Shown here: positions 12,709 to 27,000 of the stretch, piece after piece
Position numbering within the stretch: position 1 is the first letter of the stretch
Layout of the letters: each line of letters begins with the position of its first letter
Assembly: GCA_001244265.2 (NCBI GenBank)
Contig: CDLV01000008.1
Location: 930,001 to 994,000 of the forward strand
Origin: Microbotryum violaceum
Taxonomy: Eukaryota
Direction: 5' to 3'
Length of the DNA stretch: 64,000 bases
Position numbers and translations under genes: made by a program
The notes under the pieces: generated by a model
What the model was told of the DNA's origin: nothing
Database searches by the model: none
Seen by the model: only the letters and a program-made list of their open reading frames with translations

Positions 12709-14969
12709 ATGTCGTTGTACGCCGGCATCGATATCAAGGGTGGACCCTCGAGCTCTTCATCCGGCTCTGGCTCGGGAGCTACTGTAGGGGCAGCACCCGG
12801 TGCATCACCGTCGCAGAGTCCCCCTGCTCCCAAGAACAACCCTTCGAGTCAGTAGAGTGTATAGAATGACTATTTTCAAGCTCAAGATGTGGTCCTGATC
12901 TTGAACCAACCACCTGACAGGCTCCTCGACGGCTTCGACCTCCTCGTCGAACGGCCAATGGTCCGCCGCTCTACGGTTCGCCCCTGTACCACGAAAGAAG
13001 GCGCCTACGATAACGGCACCGAGTAGACCTCTGTATGCCTCCATATCGGCTTCCACATCGCCAGCTGCCATCACCAGTGTCGGTGCAGGCATAGGTGCCC
13101 CCACGTCAGCGAGAAAGATCCAACCCTATGCTCTCTCGGCTGCGGCTGCGGCTGCGGCTGCGGCTTCGGAAAACGATCCCAGCTCCATCCGACCCCGTTC
13201 CCAAATCACTCGTCCCCCACCCATCACCCTCGACGAGAATGACGTCAACGGATTCGCCCAAACAGCTCAAGGCAAAAAGCTCGCCAAGAAGGCCGTTTAC
13301 GCTTCGGGTGCTTTTGGAGGTTCTTCTTCGGGAGGTGGAGGGATGGGTATGGGAGCGAAGAAGCAGAAGGAGTTGGTGTTGTTTGGGGACGATGTGGTGT
13401 ATGATCCGTTGAGACCTTGCGATTATGTGAGTTGGAGTGAAGGAGGTGGGGATTCGATCAGTTCGGACAAGAGAAAAATTGATTATGCCGCTGACGCTTT
13501 GGGACGGGTGGCATCGATAGTCCGCCTACAAGGCCTATGTTCAGGGTCTACGCAGGCAACGAAGACAACAAAGGGAAGAAGAAGAGAGGGCTCGTCGGAG
13601 AGCTAGGTCCTATTCTGGGTCGAGCGACTATACTTCGTCCGAAGGGGAAGGAGAAGAGCAGGAAGACCGGGGTAGGTGAACTCCCTGGTCATACCTCGAA
13701 AGCGTCGAGCAGGCTTTGCTGACGTTTCTCTTGGACCTCGGAACCACTAGCCATCAAGAAAGCCCGCTTATTCGCCCCTCCCACATTCTACGACTCCGCC
13801 GATCCAACCCAAACCTCCTCATTCACCGCCACTTCGACCCCCGCTCCAGCTCCAGCCCCCGAATTCGCCATGAAGCGCGAAGAAACGGGTGAAGAAGCCT
13901 ACCTTCGTAGAATGGCTATGTCGAGTGGGGCCAACAAACCTCTTGTCGCTCCACCAGCGCCACCACGAGCAGCAGTGCCTCCACCACCCCCGCCACCTTC
14001 GACCTTCATCCCTTCCTTCGCACCTCCCCTTCCGTCATTCATACCCCAAACATACCCTGCGCCATCTGCAACGGACTCAACGACACTCCCCCCATCCGAA
14101 GCTCCAAGGCCGTATAGCGCAAATGAATCAATTCAGGGGCGGGTAGACCCCTCAAGCGTCCAACTTTCGGAAGCGCAAACTAAAGCGAGGGAAATAGCGG
14201 AGAAATTGGGGAGATTAGCGAAGATGAATTCGGGGATGGGAGAGAGTGGAATTGGGGGTGGTGGGATGGAAACCCCCGGCCTGAGTACGGGTACGGGTGC
14301 GGTACAGCCGATGGGCGATTACCTGCCTGCTGAAGGTGCTTTGTGAGTTGATCGCCACCGAAAGGTCAGACAAGGAGCTCTCACTGATCTTTAACGTCTT
14401 CTTTTCTTCACGTCAGTGATCCATCCCTCCCCTTTGCGCAACGCATGATGGCCAAATTCGGTTGGGAAAAAGGAAAAGGACTCGGCGCTACGGAATCAGG
14501 GATGACTTCTGCATTATCCGTCTCCAAGAACCCTTTACCTACCAAGAAGAACGTCTCCAACCCTGCTGCACCATCGAATTCATCGACCTCAACTATCGCC
14601 TCTCATTCGAACCGGATCATCGATCGTTCAAAAGAAGGTCGCAAAACTCAACTCGATCATCAATGGGGTGAACCTTCCCGCATCGTTCTGTTGACGAACC
14701 TCTGCATCGTTTCCGAGCTGGACGATGACCTAACGAACGAAGTCGCCGAAGAAGCCGCCAAATTCGGCGTCGTCGAACGTTGTCTCTACCGTATCATCGA
14801 GAGTCCAGAAGGTGGGCAGGAGGAGGTTAGGGTGTTCTTGGTGATGAGTGGTCTTGCGGGCGGTTACAATGGGTGCAGGACTTTTGATGGGAGGTTCTTT
14901 GGTGGGAAGACGGTCAGGGCGAGGTATTATGATGAGAAGGCGTTCGAGAGGGGGGAGTGGGGGCTTTGA
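12709..14969 (+). CDS. SPF45: SPF45/RBM17-like splicing factor (G-patch plus C-terminal UHM/RRM)
   Basis: Start MSLYAGI, YDPLRPCDY motif, ETGEEAYLRR, G-patch MMAKFGWEKGKGLG and UHM ...FDGRFFGGKTVRARYY. Confidence 0.85.
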
Positions 14970-15204
14970 CAGGGCTTTCGAGGTGCTTCGAAAAATGCCT
15001 TGCATAATTGCGAGAACATGTTCGTGCGTGTATTCTATTGACATGCTCAGCCACACACAATTAACTGAGCGCAAACGAGCACAAGGCGAAAACTGTGACA
15101 AATGGATCATGGTTCTCCCTCTTGGTGTGGAAATGGTACACAACAAAATTAAAGGAGAAGAGAACGAGCAGTGGGACAAGCTTGGAGGAACTGGGCGTTG
15201 ACTT

Positions 15205-18200
15205 TCAAACATCAATGAGGGCGATCATGGACCAGGCGTAGATGGGGGTCATGAGGTTGTCATTTTGGTTCGAGTGGGCTTCCAACAAGCCTGTGAGGAG
15301 GATGGCGACGGAGTAACGGCCGAGCTAATAAAGATGCGAACGAGTGAGCGGTCCGTCTCCCCCATCGAAGCAAGCTCACCGGCCGTACTCACATCAAACC
15401 CCTCCACCAACCCAAAGAGGCGCAGCATCCAAGCACTTAAGATGACCGAAACGACAAATGCGACCGTCCCTTCGACAGTCTTACCTCCCATCCCAGGCCA
15501 CCTGGCCCTCCCTATAACCTTCCCCACAATTGACGCCATCGCATCCCCAATTCCAAGGATCAATACACCCGTATATCGATTGATCCCATGCCCCTCTAAC
15601 CATACTCCACCTGCGCACCCCGTCAATAGGTAGAAATGACTGAGGATGACAGGTCCGCTGTCCTTGGAATCGACAAATTCGGAGAAGAAAATGTGTAGGG
15701 GTGCACCGATGGGGTAGACGGCGAAGAAACGCGCGTACTCGCAGAAGGTGAAGAGCGCGAAAGCGACGGAGAAGGCGAGGGAGGTAAAGCCGGGCTAAGG
15801 GAGGGGTAGAAAGCGGTGATCAGAAACGCCACCGTGATGTCGCTGATAAGTGGGCAGACTCACATCGATCGCAATCCCAGGAATCAACATGAGCACCGCC
15901 AAAGCATGGAAAAACTTGCGTCGCATATTGAGACTCGCATGAACACGCTTCTCCTCTCGAGCCGATTCAACCCCAACCTTGACTTCGGATCCATCCATTT
16001 CGGCCGTCAGAGCGACTTTCTTCTTGTCCGATATGGCCGTGGTCGGGACTGCATTTCCCCGCATGCGAATCCGACGCGAGCGTACAAGTCGGGTTTGCCA
16101 TCCTCCAACGGCAATGATGATCGTTGCACCCCAATAAGCGACCAGTCCAATGCGACGCCATTGAGTCGCCCTCATCGCTCCGGGTATCCGAACACGTACA
16201 CCATCGCCGCCGTACAGGACGTAGCGCAGCGCCCATGTCCACGGCCTCATGAGGTTCCCTCCTAGAATCCAAGCGGTCCATCCCCCAAGCATGCAGAAAA
16301 CGATTCCGAGCAGGCCGAGGAAGACTCCAGCGGCGAGCAGTCTGCGGTGTCGTTCTCGCTCGGCAGGCCACTGAGAGAACGTTCCGAGAAGCAAAACATC
16401 AGCCCAGGCCAGCCGAAGCGTACGAGAGGGCAACTCACGCGTAATCGATGGCTCGGCTTTGAGGCGATATGTCGACTGATGACGAGCAAAGGCGATAGCA
16501 GGAAGCCGGACAGGAAAGCGCCAGGAATGAGAACGGCCTGGAACGCGACGATGGGTGTTGGCGAGCGGAATGTGGGTGGAACCATCGGCCAGCCTCGTTT
16601 GTAATACCACTGGAATGATAGACATAACAATGAGCCAATTTAGGATGTCGATCAAGCGGAAGCGCCAACTACTTACCCTGGCACGCGTGAGCCTCCAGAA
16701 CTCCAGACTAAGCGCATTCCCCGCCGTCGTCATGAGGTGCAATTCGCCCAAGGTGAACCCACGTCGAGCCAATCGAGACACGAGATACCACGATGTCTGC
16801 TGGATGAAGGCTGTCGCGGCGACCTCGAGTGGGGAAATAGAGAGACCATCTGTACGTCCCCGCAAGTTCAATCAATCAGCACGAGGACTATCAACCGAGT
16901 GATTCGCAACCTGCGCGGCCTACCTTTGCTCGCCCATTGCCATGTCCCGAGAGTCGAGTACAGCGTGACACTGATCAAAGTGGCCAGTGACACAGACCCA
17001 AAAAATCGCTTTGCGTTTCCCAATGGCAGTCGATCGACGTGCAGCACAGTCATAGAGAGGAAAAGGTGAAGAACGAGGACCGCGGCGTTGATCATCGTAA
17101 AGATGACCAAGTCGTGGCGAGCTTTCAACAGGGTGCTCGTCGTGAGCGCAAAGTTGGACAATGTACTTGGCTTGAAGTCAACAACATGGTTGTGTTTCGC
17201 CTTGATCCCACTCGCTTCCCATATCTCAACCAAGGGGCTGATCCCACCCAGCGCCATTTTCGTGGGATCCTTGTTCGCACTCGAATAGGTGTCCCAAAAG
17301 CATGCACAGCCGAGCAGTATCGGCAGCACGAGACCGGCGGTCACTCCGTCATCGGCGGCTTGAGAATCCCGGTAGCCTCGTTCGTCAGTAAACGCCACCT
17401 TGTAGTAGCTCGATGGGCGGCGGAAAAGGGCGAAAAAGGGGACCGCGGCGGCGATGCCGAGCAGCGAGACCAGGGGCAATCGAGGCACGTGAGGGGTCGC
17501 GGTCGTGGGAGTTGCCGAATACAGTCGATACACCGCGAAAAGTAGCGCGACAACAAGAAGAATGACTTCGGGTATGAGTGCGGTCCGTATTTGGTACATC
17601 GCAAAGGGGTTGTAGGTCGAGTGAATCGAGTCGAGCGTCAGAGGGGGTGTCGACTCGCCCGAGTCGATATCGGCTGGTGCACGCGACGACTTGCGACCCG
17701 GTTTCGACAGTGGGGTAGGACGACCCGATCGATTTGACATGACGGGCGAGGTGGCCCTCCTCTTTGCACTGGCGGCTGCCGAGTCGAGCGAGTCGAGCAG
17801 AGCGTTCCCCCACAAGCTCCCCTGTCCGGCGTGGTGCGAGGTCGGCGCTTTGCGCTCGATGAGGACATGCTCCCCTCGCCCCCCTTCTCCGGCTGCGATG
17901 AAATGGGACGGTGCTGTTCTCTTCTTGCGTCGGCCGGTCGAATCGGACGAAGGGTGGTTGAGCGCTGCCGAAGCTGCTGCGGGCAGGGATGACATGCCCG
18001 AGTCGAGTTCGGATCGGAGCAGCGAGGCCGAGGAAGTGGCGAAGGCCGAATGATATGCCTCGGCCGTTCTCTCGAGCAGAGCCGCCCCTCGTCGCAATTG
18101 GAACCCCAGTACGTGATCTTGATTCGCATCACTGTCCTCGCAGGCCATGTCTGTCGCCGAGATGTCATCGTCATCGTCATCATCGTCGTCGTCGTCGTCG

Positions 18201-18460
18201 TCGTCGTCGTGCGATTGCGAGTCAGAGTCGATCCCTCCATCGTCGGCCGCTTCGTTGTGGGTCTCGGACGGGCTCGTGAGTGAATCGTGGCGGGAGAGCG
18301 TCGGCCTACTATGACTTAACGTGGTGGCTGATCCAAAAGAGGGTCGCGGTACGCGATGCTTCGTGTGAGGCAACGAGGTGTGGATCGGGGTCAGCGTCAG
18401 ACGCGACACCTTCGGCGAGCCGGGAGGCGACGATGACGGCGTCGATAGTTGCGACGCCAT
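15205..18460 (-). CDS. SEC59: Dolichol kinase with long low-complexity N-terminus
   Basis: RRKFFHALAV, HFYLLTGCAG, GIGDAMASIVGK, KTVEGT and C-terminal NQNDNL motifs of the CTP-dependent isoprenoid kinase family. Stop at 15205-15207. Confidence 0.88.
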
Positions 18461-19198
18461 TGCACCTGATCAGCGACGCCAGCACAGCCAATGTCGCGGG
18501 ATGTGGAGGAGTGTGCCCTTTCTGCTCTGCCTCAGCCCCCCAGTGCGTGATCAGGGTAAGGCGACTGCAGCCTGACTGCTCGGATGAGGTCAGGAAACCG
18601 AGCTCGGCCGGCTCGACCAATCGGCAGCCCACGCAAGGCGCGTGCGTACAAGCAAGCCATTGCAAGCAAGCCCGTGCGTCCCGCCAGCCGGCGGGGGCTC
18701 GGGCTGAAAACTACTCTCAGTGACTGAAGCTTGGTTAGACGCTAGATCCTTCCCATTACTAGAGCCCATTTGCGTAAGCAAAGTCCCTCAAATCCGGTCC
18801 GAAAGATATCCCGAGGGTGAGCATGTTGCAAGTGATCTCCGTGCGATGTATATCCCCCCAAAGCCAGCGCTCCGCGACTCGGCTTTTCCCAAGTGAGCTT
18901 CGGCCTTCGGGCTTTGCTAATTGAAAGATCGATCGTGGACCAAGCGCACTGGCCTGCACTGTGAGGGCGCAGTTCGTAGCCTTGCACCCGGTTGCAGGCG
19001 GCAACAGGCGGACGGACCTCGTCTGGCCTCGTAGGGCCTCGTTTGCCTCGTTTGCTATTAGTAAATACCAGTGGGAACCCGTTAAATTAACGGGAGGATT
19101 ATATTCAAAAAATAGCAGGATAATCGAACAGTCTACATGATATCAGCGCAGAGGTTAAGAAAACACAATACGAAATACAGCAAAGAAACAAAATCCAT

Positions 19199-21002
19199 TC
19201 ATCTTACATTCAATGCCGAAACAGCCTGCATGTCGCTTGTTGCCGGACTTGGCTTCAAACACTCGTGCAATGAGATCCGGACGGTTGCATGCTTTATCGG
19301 CCCCAGTGCAGCCTTGATTTCCGGTGAGTCGGAGTCGTACGCCATCGTGATGAGCAGCGGAGGCTTTCCATGTTTGACAACGCACGCCATCGCATCCTGG
19401 TATCGCTGCGTGATGTCGCGATTTGGTTCGGGGTCAAGCCGTTGATGCCTTGGGTCGTGGTGAAGCGTAGGTTCTCTTGATGTAACCGGATGTGTTGAGT
19501 CAATCGGTCTTGACTTGGGAGTACATCCGTAATTCACGAACTCCAGGAAGGGACGTTGGGTGCAATGCGGGATTGAGAAGTGCTCGTCGCGCGCGTTTGG
19601 CAAGTAGTGCGCAAAGAATTGTGAACGCGAGACTCGCCACCTCGACCCCTTTACTTGACCTTCGTCCTAGGTGTTCAAAAGTTCAATGTCAGTCTGTGCT
19701 TGCGCCTTCGGCAGAATGGAACATCAGAGAAAGAGCCGAAGACGCGTACGTTCGCCATCACCACCCTCTTCGTCCCCTTCCTCACCGTCTTCATCCTCAT
19801 TGTCGCGGTCTTCGTCCTCCTGTTCGTCTTCGTCATCCATACCGAGACCGGCAAGTACCTCGCGCAATTGGACACCATTGTCGATCTGCTCTCAGTTACT
19901 GGCGATTGGCGGCCTGGCTTGGTGGAACCCGCAAAGAGGAATGTTGGGGTGGAAGCTATCTTCCCCTGCAGGAAAAAGTAGTGGGTAACGGAGAGGCATC
20001 GCGGACGGATGGAGCGAGCTAACGATTTGGTACTTGGGCCGACCATCGGGACATCGATCACTGTGCACCTGGAGAATAAGGTCTTGCGGTCCACGATCTC
20101 CCGTGTTGGTGTCGGAATCGCAGATAAGCATCGCCATTTCCGTGCTCGACGTAGGAGGGTTGTGGGTGCGTCGGTCCCGGCCTGGCGGGAGGCAGAGGCG
20201 CAGGATCCACTCTTTGGCCGTATCCCAACCTGCGCGAGGTTTGGCCGATGCGAACTCCCTCACAAAGTGATTCTTGGTACGCAACATGGACTCGAGCTTG
20301 GTCAAAGTAGATCGTTGCATGTGACTGTCTGCGCCGTCGGGTTCAAGTCGAGTGTCGGTGGCCTCGGCCGGGTTGATCAGCCATGTTTGAGCAAAGGCTG
20401 GGCATTGATTCACGGCAGGGATCAGGGCACCGAGTCAATGATAGAGGCGGCCGAACACGCGAAACACGGGAGGTCCTAGAGTGCCCACTTGGGTTTGGTC
20501 CCAGTAGGCAGCGAGCGAAGTAAAGGACAACGCGTTGTTGTACGACCGGGCGTTCTCGCGCAATGCTATAGCTTCTGTGTGCGTGGGAAGATTCTTGCAC
20601 AGTTCAGCATGTGGGTCTACTGCAGACGACGGTTGTTGGACGGAGCAACTGACCGCTATCCGAGCCTTGAAGAAGCTGCCGATACTCGAGATTGGGCTGG
20701 GGAGGGGGAGGTAGCCGCACCTTGCCCTGCGAAAACGTGGGGCTTGAGGGGTTTGAGCGCGATTCGAGCCCGGCGCACTCGCCTTTGCGGAGGTGGTGGT
20801 GGGGCGAGCCCAGCGTCGAGTTGGCCATCGCGCTGACCACGCTGTCCGTTCTGCACAGCTGCACGGCGGGCTCGTATACGTGTCGCAATGCCAAGATCGG
20901 TTGAATTGTTGTCATGACGCGCCGGGGGCTGATTCTGTTGATCGGAGCGGGACGAAGAGGAGGGTCGAGCCGCGGGGCGCCCAGCAGCGGGCGCTCGAGC
21001 AG
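19199..21002 (-). pseudogene. Helitron RepHel N-terminal and Rep remnant; 5' part continues at about 27591-27670
   Basis: Motifs ENARSYNNALSFTS, GPPVFRVFGRLYH*LG, PAFAQ, YPLLFPAGE, YQDAMACVVKHGKP and NRPDLIARVFEAK. Stops and frameshifts present, no helicase. The reading frame GARVAPYHG|PARAPAAG is restored when 21011-27590 is removed. Confidence 0.88.
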
Positions 21003-21010
21003 GCCCATGG

Positions 21011-24000
21011 TAGCCAGGACCCCGAAAGCCCAGCCGGAGGCGCTTTTTTTTTTTTTAGACATTTTGAGGACCCAAAATCCTGAAAATCTTCGAGGCGCAT
21101 TGCAAAAAATTGACATTTTGGGACGAAACACACGTTTCGCCCCCGAGGCGCATGCCCAGATTTTGACATTTTCCCGTGAGTCGGCCCAATCTTGGCCTAC
21201 CCTGAGCAGCCTACGGCATGGCTTTGGGCCCGTTTGCCTTCGCTTCGAAACGCGCTTCGCGATGCTCGCGCTTGAACAAGTCACTAGCCATTTTCGCTAA
21301 TCACTTTAGTTCAGTGGCTGTTAGAGAATATTAGGGATTAGATACCCCTATCGAGTAAGATAAAAATGACGGGGCCCCTGAGGTTCCGTTCCGCTTCACT
21401 TCGTTCTGACACTGGAGCATAGCACGACAAAATGATTCCATGCTTTGTTTCTTGACGAAGATCAGGACTACTGTTTGCACGACGATGACTTTGATCGATT
21501 ATCGCCGCTCACCAACATGACGGTTGCCGAGCTCCTCGCCTTCGATGTCGCTCCCGCCGACGCGTCTCTTCACATCGAGTTGTCCAAAGACGAGCCCACC
21601 CAGTATTCGAACTTACCCTACCCGACTCTTCAGACCAGAGACGCGTTTCTCGCTACCGATGCTCTGATCAATGCACGCAAGAAAAGATATCGATCTTTGG
21701 CCGTCGGGTCGACGTGTTTGCCGCTCGGCGCCGATCGGCTATGGTCAGAGTACGACCGAGCAAAAGACGTTCAAAGCTGGGCGCTGCGAGCTCAACGATG
21801 GATGGACAAAATTATCGTTATCAACGAAATTGACCGCAACCGCATCGCTGTCGCACGTCGCATACTGAACGGATTGCAATGGCAAGAGCAAGACGGGCTT
21901 CTACCATTGCCTCTTCTTGCAAGTGGAACGAGTTTGGTTTATCTCCTGAGATTCTTAAGTCAGTACACTAATCCTTCAGCTGGCCACTCGTATTCATCTC
22001 GTATCTGAGGCAACTTGCTTATTCGCGTCTCTACCCAGGTCATGATTGGCTCGGTGAAGCCGCGGTGAACTTGTCAATTGAAAGCGTCCTTCGAGCTGAA
22101 CGAGTGCAGAATCCCGATTTCGAAACATCGTATGGACTTGTACCCTCCACCGTCATCTCCTTGGTAATGGCTCGCCCTCCCGACTCGGATCCTCATTCGG
22201 TCTTCAAAGCCTGCTTTTTCGGCCCGCCAAACCAGTATCGGAATCTCATCGAGCTAGGCGATTGCATGCGCAACACGCCGACTTCAAAGTCAATCTGGTT
22301 TCTACCCCTCTGCTCCGACAGCCATTGGGTCCTGGCCCGCATCAACATGCACAAGCGGACATGGTCTGTGATCAACTCACTCTCCGCCACTCCGATCACC
22401 GCGGCTACTCTGACGGCCGTCCTTATGCCGTTCAAATTTCTGAAGCTGGACATCAAAAATGAGTTCCCTCATACTCCTAAGGCGGAACAACAGGAAGACA
22501 GCTACTCGTGCGTGCCGGCTACGATCAATGCAGTGGAGACGGAGGTGCTCGGGATTGGGTCATTCAACGCAGCGCGCGCTCACATGTCACGGCTCCGTCA
22601 ATTCTGTCGTTTGTCCTCTCTGGTTGGTGCTGTCGAGGATCCCAAAGAGATCGAATCCATCGTTGCCACGGGCGCAAAATCAAAGGCAAAGTCTGGGAGG
22701 GGATCCGCTGCCGGAACACTGAGCAGCAAGAGCACGTCGGCAGAGTCCGGCAAGGCAGCGACAATCAAGCCAACAAATCAACGAGTCGCATCATCCTCAA
22801 AAAACCCGCCAACTTCTCGACTTCAAACGACCTTCACCAAGGTATCGAAGCCGACGAAAGCTCGAGAGCTCACCCCCGAGGAGCATACAACGTGGGCTCG
22901 CGACCATCCGCCTCTTTTCAGGAGGTTTGCTGAAGAAGTCGAAGATCTTTGTCCGGTTTCGAATGTCGACGTCAACAATCCAAAGTACGTGCGGTGTGGA
23001 CGTTGTTATGTCTTGGTTCCAATGGCGGCCTTGCTGTGCAAGGCACGATTTCAATTACATCTCGGCAATAAGAAGTGTGTCAACCTCCAACCCATCAGCA
23101 ATTTCTTCAGACCTATCGCCTCTGGCTCAACTGCTACCAGCCCCTCGCTAGGACCGTGCCCCGGCCTTACGTCTGAAACGGCGATGCATTGTCTTTCACC
23201 GACTGCGGCGCAGGGTGGCGGGGCCCCTCCTCGACGGACGCTTTGTTTGCGCCTCTATCCCAAAATTGGTAAACGACCAATGACGGAGCTCGAGAGGAAG
23301 GAGGTGGACAAATTGGAAGCGAATGAATGGAAGTGGTGCAACGATCATCGAGCACCGCGCATCATCAGTGTGAATTGTCGCAAGTATAGCGCTCGAGATT
23401 CGATCAACAAGGACGGACCAAGCTTACCGTGTGAAGAATGCGCGAAGCTTCCTAAGAATTCATCCTGTCGAGCAGCTCTTCGACGTCAATATGCTGCTGG
23501 CGCAACTCGCAAATACACAACAAGAAATATGTCGCGGGCGATACACTTCTCTCGGCCATCTACCGGCGACATTATGGACTAGAAGAGATCCTGGATGACA
23601 ACAGTCAAGGGACCGTGTATCTACGATTCGCGCAAGGTGTGGCCTCAGGAGAATTTGACGGAGCGAACATCTTGGAGGGATTGGTGAAAGCGGCTACGGT
23701 CAAGCACGATCGCATGGTCAAGGGCAAATCAATGCGAGGCTTTGTGCGGTCCGAAGCGCTGCGTGACTTCGAGCAAGCCATGGCGCTGGCGTCTCCGATG
23801 GCTCTGAGAGTACTGCAGGCTACAATCGGCGCATCCACAAGCCGAAAACTGCAGTGAGTACCGTCATTCTTTCGTTCTTCCAATTCAACCTCATACTGAA
23901 TGATCGAGGTGCTTGCAGAATGGACCGAGCGACATCAGGCACGATGCGCCTCGGCCTCGACAAGTCCAACATGGATCGTGTCTGCGCCAAACTCGAAGCA

Positions 24001-27000
24001 GACGACCTAACGTTCAATTTACACGTAGACGACACGAAGTGTCGATCCAGGATGCGAACCACTCCATACTACTCAGAAGACCTCAGTTTAGAGCGCGAAC
24101 TACGTACGAAGGGCATATTCCGCCACGAGCTGATCGGATCAATTGGTCCGCCACGCATCTACGAAACTCCGGGTGAACTCCCTCATATGTTCAGCGGACC
24201 TGACCCCCGGCTGCTGGAACCAAAGTGAGTGACAATGATTCTTTTAAGTTTGTACTTCATTTCCACGAGGCTTTAACATGTGTCGCCTCTTCATTCAGAT
24301 CCGAGCTTACATGATAGCACCGAACGATGTTGGCTCCCCAGCACAGGTGTTTGCCGCTTTTGCGATCGGCGAAACTACGAACGCGGAGGACGCGACCGAA
24401 CAGTTACATTCAGTGATACAAGAATTAATAAAACGTTGCGTCGCACACCTTCTGGTATCCATCTCCGCAGATGGTGCGGCAAGCGAGGGTGTGCTGCAAC
24501 GTAATGTTGCCGTCCTTCTGCGCAATCAGGGTGGCGCTGTTGCTCAAACCGGATCAAGGAACGCGTCATCATACACCCTCCCCTGCCCAGATCCGGACGG
24601 AGTGTTTCCTGAGATCATTATATCGACCGTCAAGGTCGCGGGAACGCCGATAGTCTTCTGTCGGGACGAAAAACACCTGGCCAAATGTCTGAGGAACGCT
24701 ATCGACTCTGGAGCAAGATTGCTGTTCGGCGGTCTCCGATGCATTGCCTACCAGGATATGCTCACCATCCTGGGCGGACTGGATTCGCGTCGTACTCTGT
24801 CTCGTCGTGATGTGGTCGGGCGTGATCGTCAAGACGACAATGCAACACATCGGGCATTCTCCAAGGCGACGCTCGAACTCGTAACCGAACTCGCTGAAGA
24901 CAAAAAACTCGACCCCGATGCGGTCGTATATCTCTTCCTATGTGGCGAGTTACACGATGCCATCCAGAACCGGTCGCTTCAGCCCCTTGAACGTATCAGG
25001 ATGTTGCTCGTTGTCAGGTATACGTTCGAGGCGTGGTATGACTTTGTCCGAAGTCGCCCCGGATCTAGCTCTCACTCGTTCCTCGCCAAAGAAACGCTTG
25101 ATGGGGTCAGGAAGATGGTTGACTCAACGATTGCTCTCGTCCGCAACTACCGAGATTTTTGGCCAAAGGAATCATTCATTCCCTGGCGGCATGGCACAGA
25201 AATGGTGGAGCACTTCTTCGGGGTATACGCCAGATTGTAAAGGAGTTCGATGCTCTAGAGTTCTTGCAGGTGCGTTCTTGAGTCAATCTAATCTATACAG
25301 TAGTTAACCCGGCTAGAATCCGACAGGCAACTGGCAAAGTCACTGCACTCTTGGAGCTCATGAGGAAGTTTAAGACCGAGGCGGCGGGATCACGTCAAGG
25401 CTACCATCATACCTACAACGACCTCGACGATCTTGACCTTGTTGCGATGCGAACGTACCCCAGTGATGGCGACATCTCTCTCACCAGTTTTGCAGCGGGC
25501 AAATACTGCGCGTGAACTGCTTTCAGGTTTACGCATGTGGGAGCCTGTGCAACGCATCGCGTCCAACAGACGCAACCAAGGTCCGCAACCTGACATACTC
25601 GTCGAGGACGTACTCGCCCATGGCACAACAGTTCAAGGTATGGAGTTGCGAACGACTTGGTCTATAAGTGATGCGTATCTGACACGGGATACCATGCCCA
25701 CTTGAAGTAGATCTTGAAGACCATCATCCTACCAAGGAAGATCAAGGTCTGCTCCGCACCGAATTGCTGGATTCTGCTCTTGATGGCATACGGCGTAGCA
25801 CGTGCCACGGTGTTGTGATACTGGACCCAAACGAACGGGAAGCTGTCGACCGTGCAATTCGATCGCTTGCAGCTCTGGACTTTGACGTTGAGGCAGCCTT
25901 GTGAGTGGACACTTCTCTGTGCCACGTGCGCTGAAGCGTTCTTCTACCTTTTAATCCGGACCTCATATTGCTCTCCTTTCTCATTGGCCAGATTCGGCGT
26001 GCAAATCGCTTACGACGAAGCTGATAGACAAGCTGAGGAATGCTACGTACTCGAGACCATTGAGAAGGCAAACAGCTCATTACGTCCAATCGTGCGTCTA
26101 CCAAGCTCAACTAGCGTAATTTCGATCTGAGCTCATGCATCTTCGGTACTATACAGCCTACACACTTGAAACTTCCGCCTCTTGTTGATGCTCGCGATAC
26201 CAGTTCCTCGCTGAACTGGGCCAGCTTGATTGCCCATCGAGCTGCTCATGAGTGTAGCCACCTCAGAGCTGTTCTACTCAAAGGGAGGCCAATGTAATTG
26301 AGCGACACAAGTCGCGGAGAGGCAGGCTTAGAGATTAGCAATACAGAGCAAGGACGCAGTGCAGTACATTCACGCGTCTTGAAAGGGTTGGTGCAGTCCA
26401 TGGGACCATCTCGCTTCGTAGACATTGCGGGCACCGCAAGGAGCTTTCGCTGGACTGGAGGTGGCCAGGTGGCCCGAGCGCTCACAACAAACGAGATTCA
26501 GAAGAACGCCTATATTGAGGATGGCCGCATTCAAGTGAGTTGTTGCTGAATTTAGGAACGAAGGCAACTGGATCTAATGTTTTGCCGGTCCTATACTTTT
26601 AGGAAAAGCTCCCTGAGAGAGACAAGCAGTATGGAGCGCTAGCACAACGCTGTCCTCATTTTGGATCGCTTGACGGAGCTGTAACCGCTGCCACACCATT
26701 GGAGATTAGATCTCTGGTCTGCTTTGGCCTCAAGTGTGGCATGCATTCACTCAGCGGCGATCAAACTGTTTATGGAGAAGAAGCGCTGTCTATCGGAATT
26801 GGTACGTTGTTTTGAGTGGCAGCTGAGGAAGTTCTCGTTTGACACAAGTCTTGTGTCCTACAGTGCGACACATCTACAGCAAAGTGACAACAAACCACTG
26901 CAACCAAGACACGCTTGCCTCGTTGGTTCTACTCTCAAATGTCGTCGTACAGGAGCTTCGCCTCATCAAGAAAACATGCTATTCCACACACCTCATTGAT

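Noticed and set aside
18760-18930. RNase MRP/P RNA (AAAGTCCC and GGGCTC resemble P4 strands)
   Set aside because: No ANAGNNA CR-IV motif or convincing P1-P3, and the segment lies inside the Helitron.
23519-25500. Programmed frameshifting in the transposase gene
   Set aside because: Several independent 1-nt shifts without slippery sites. Decay or assembly indels are more likely.
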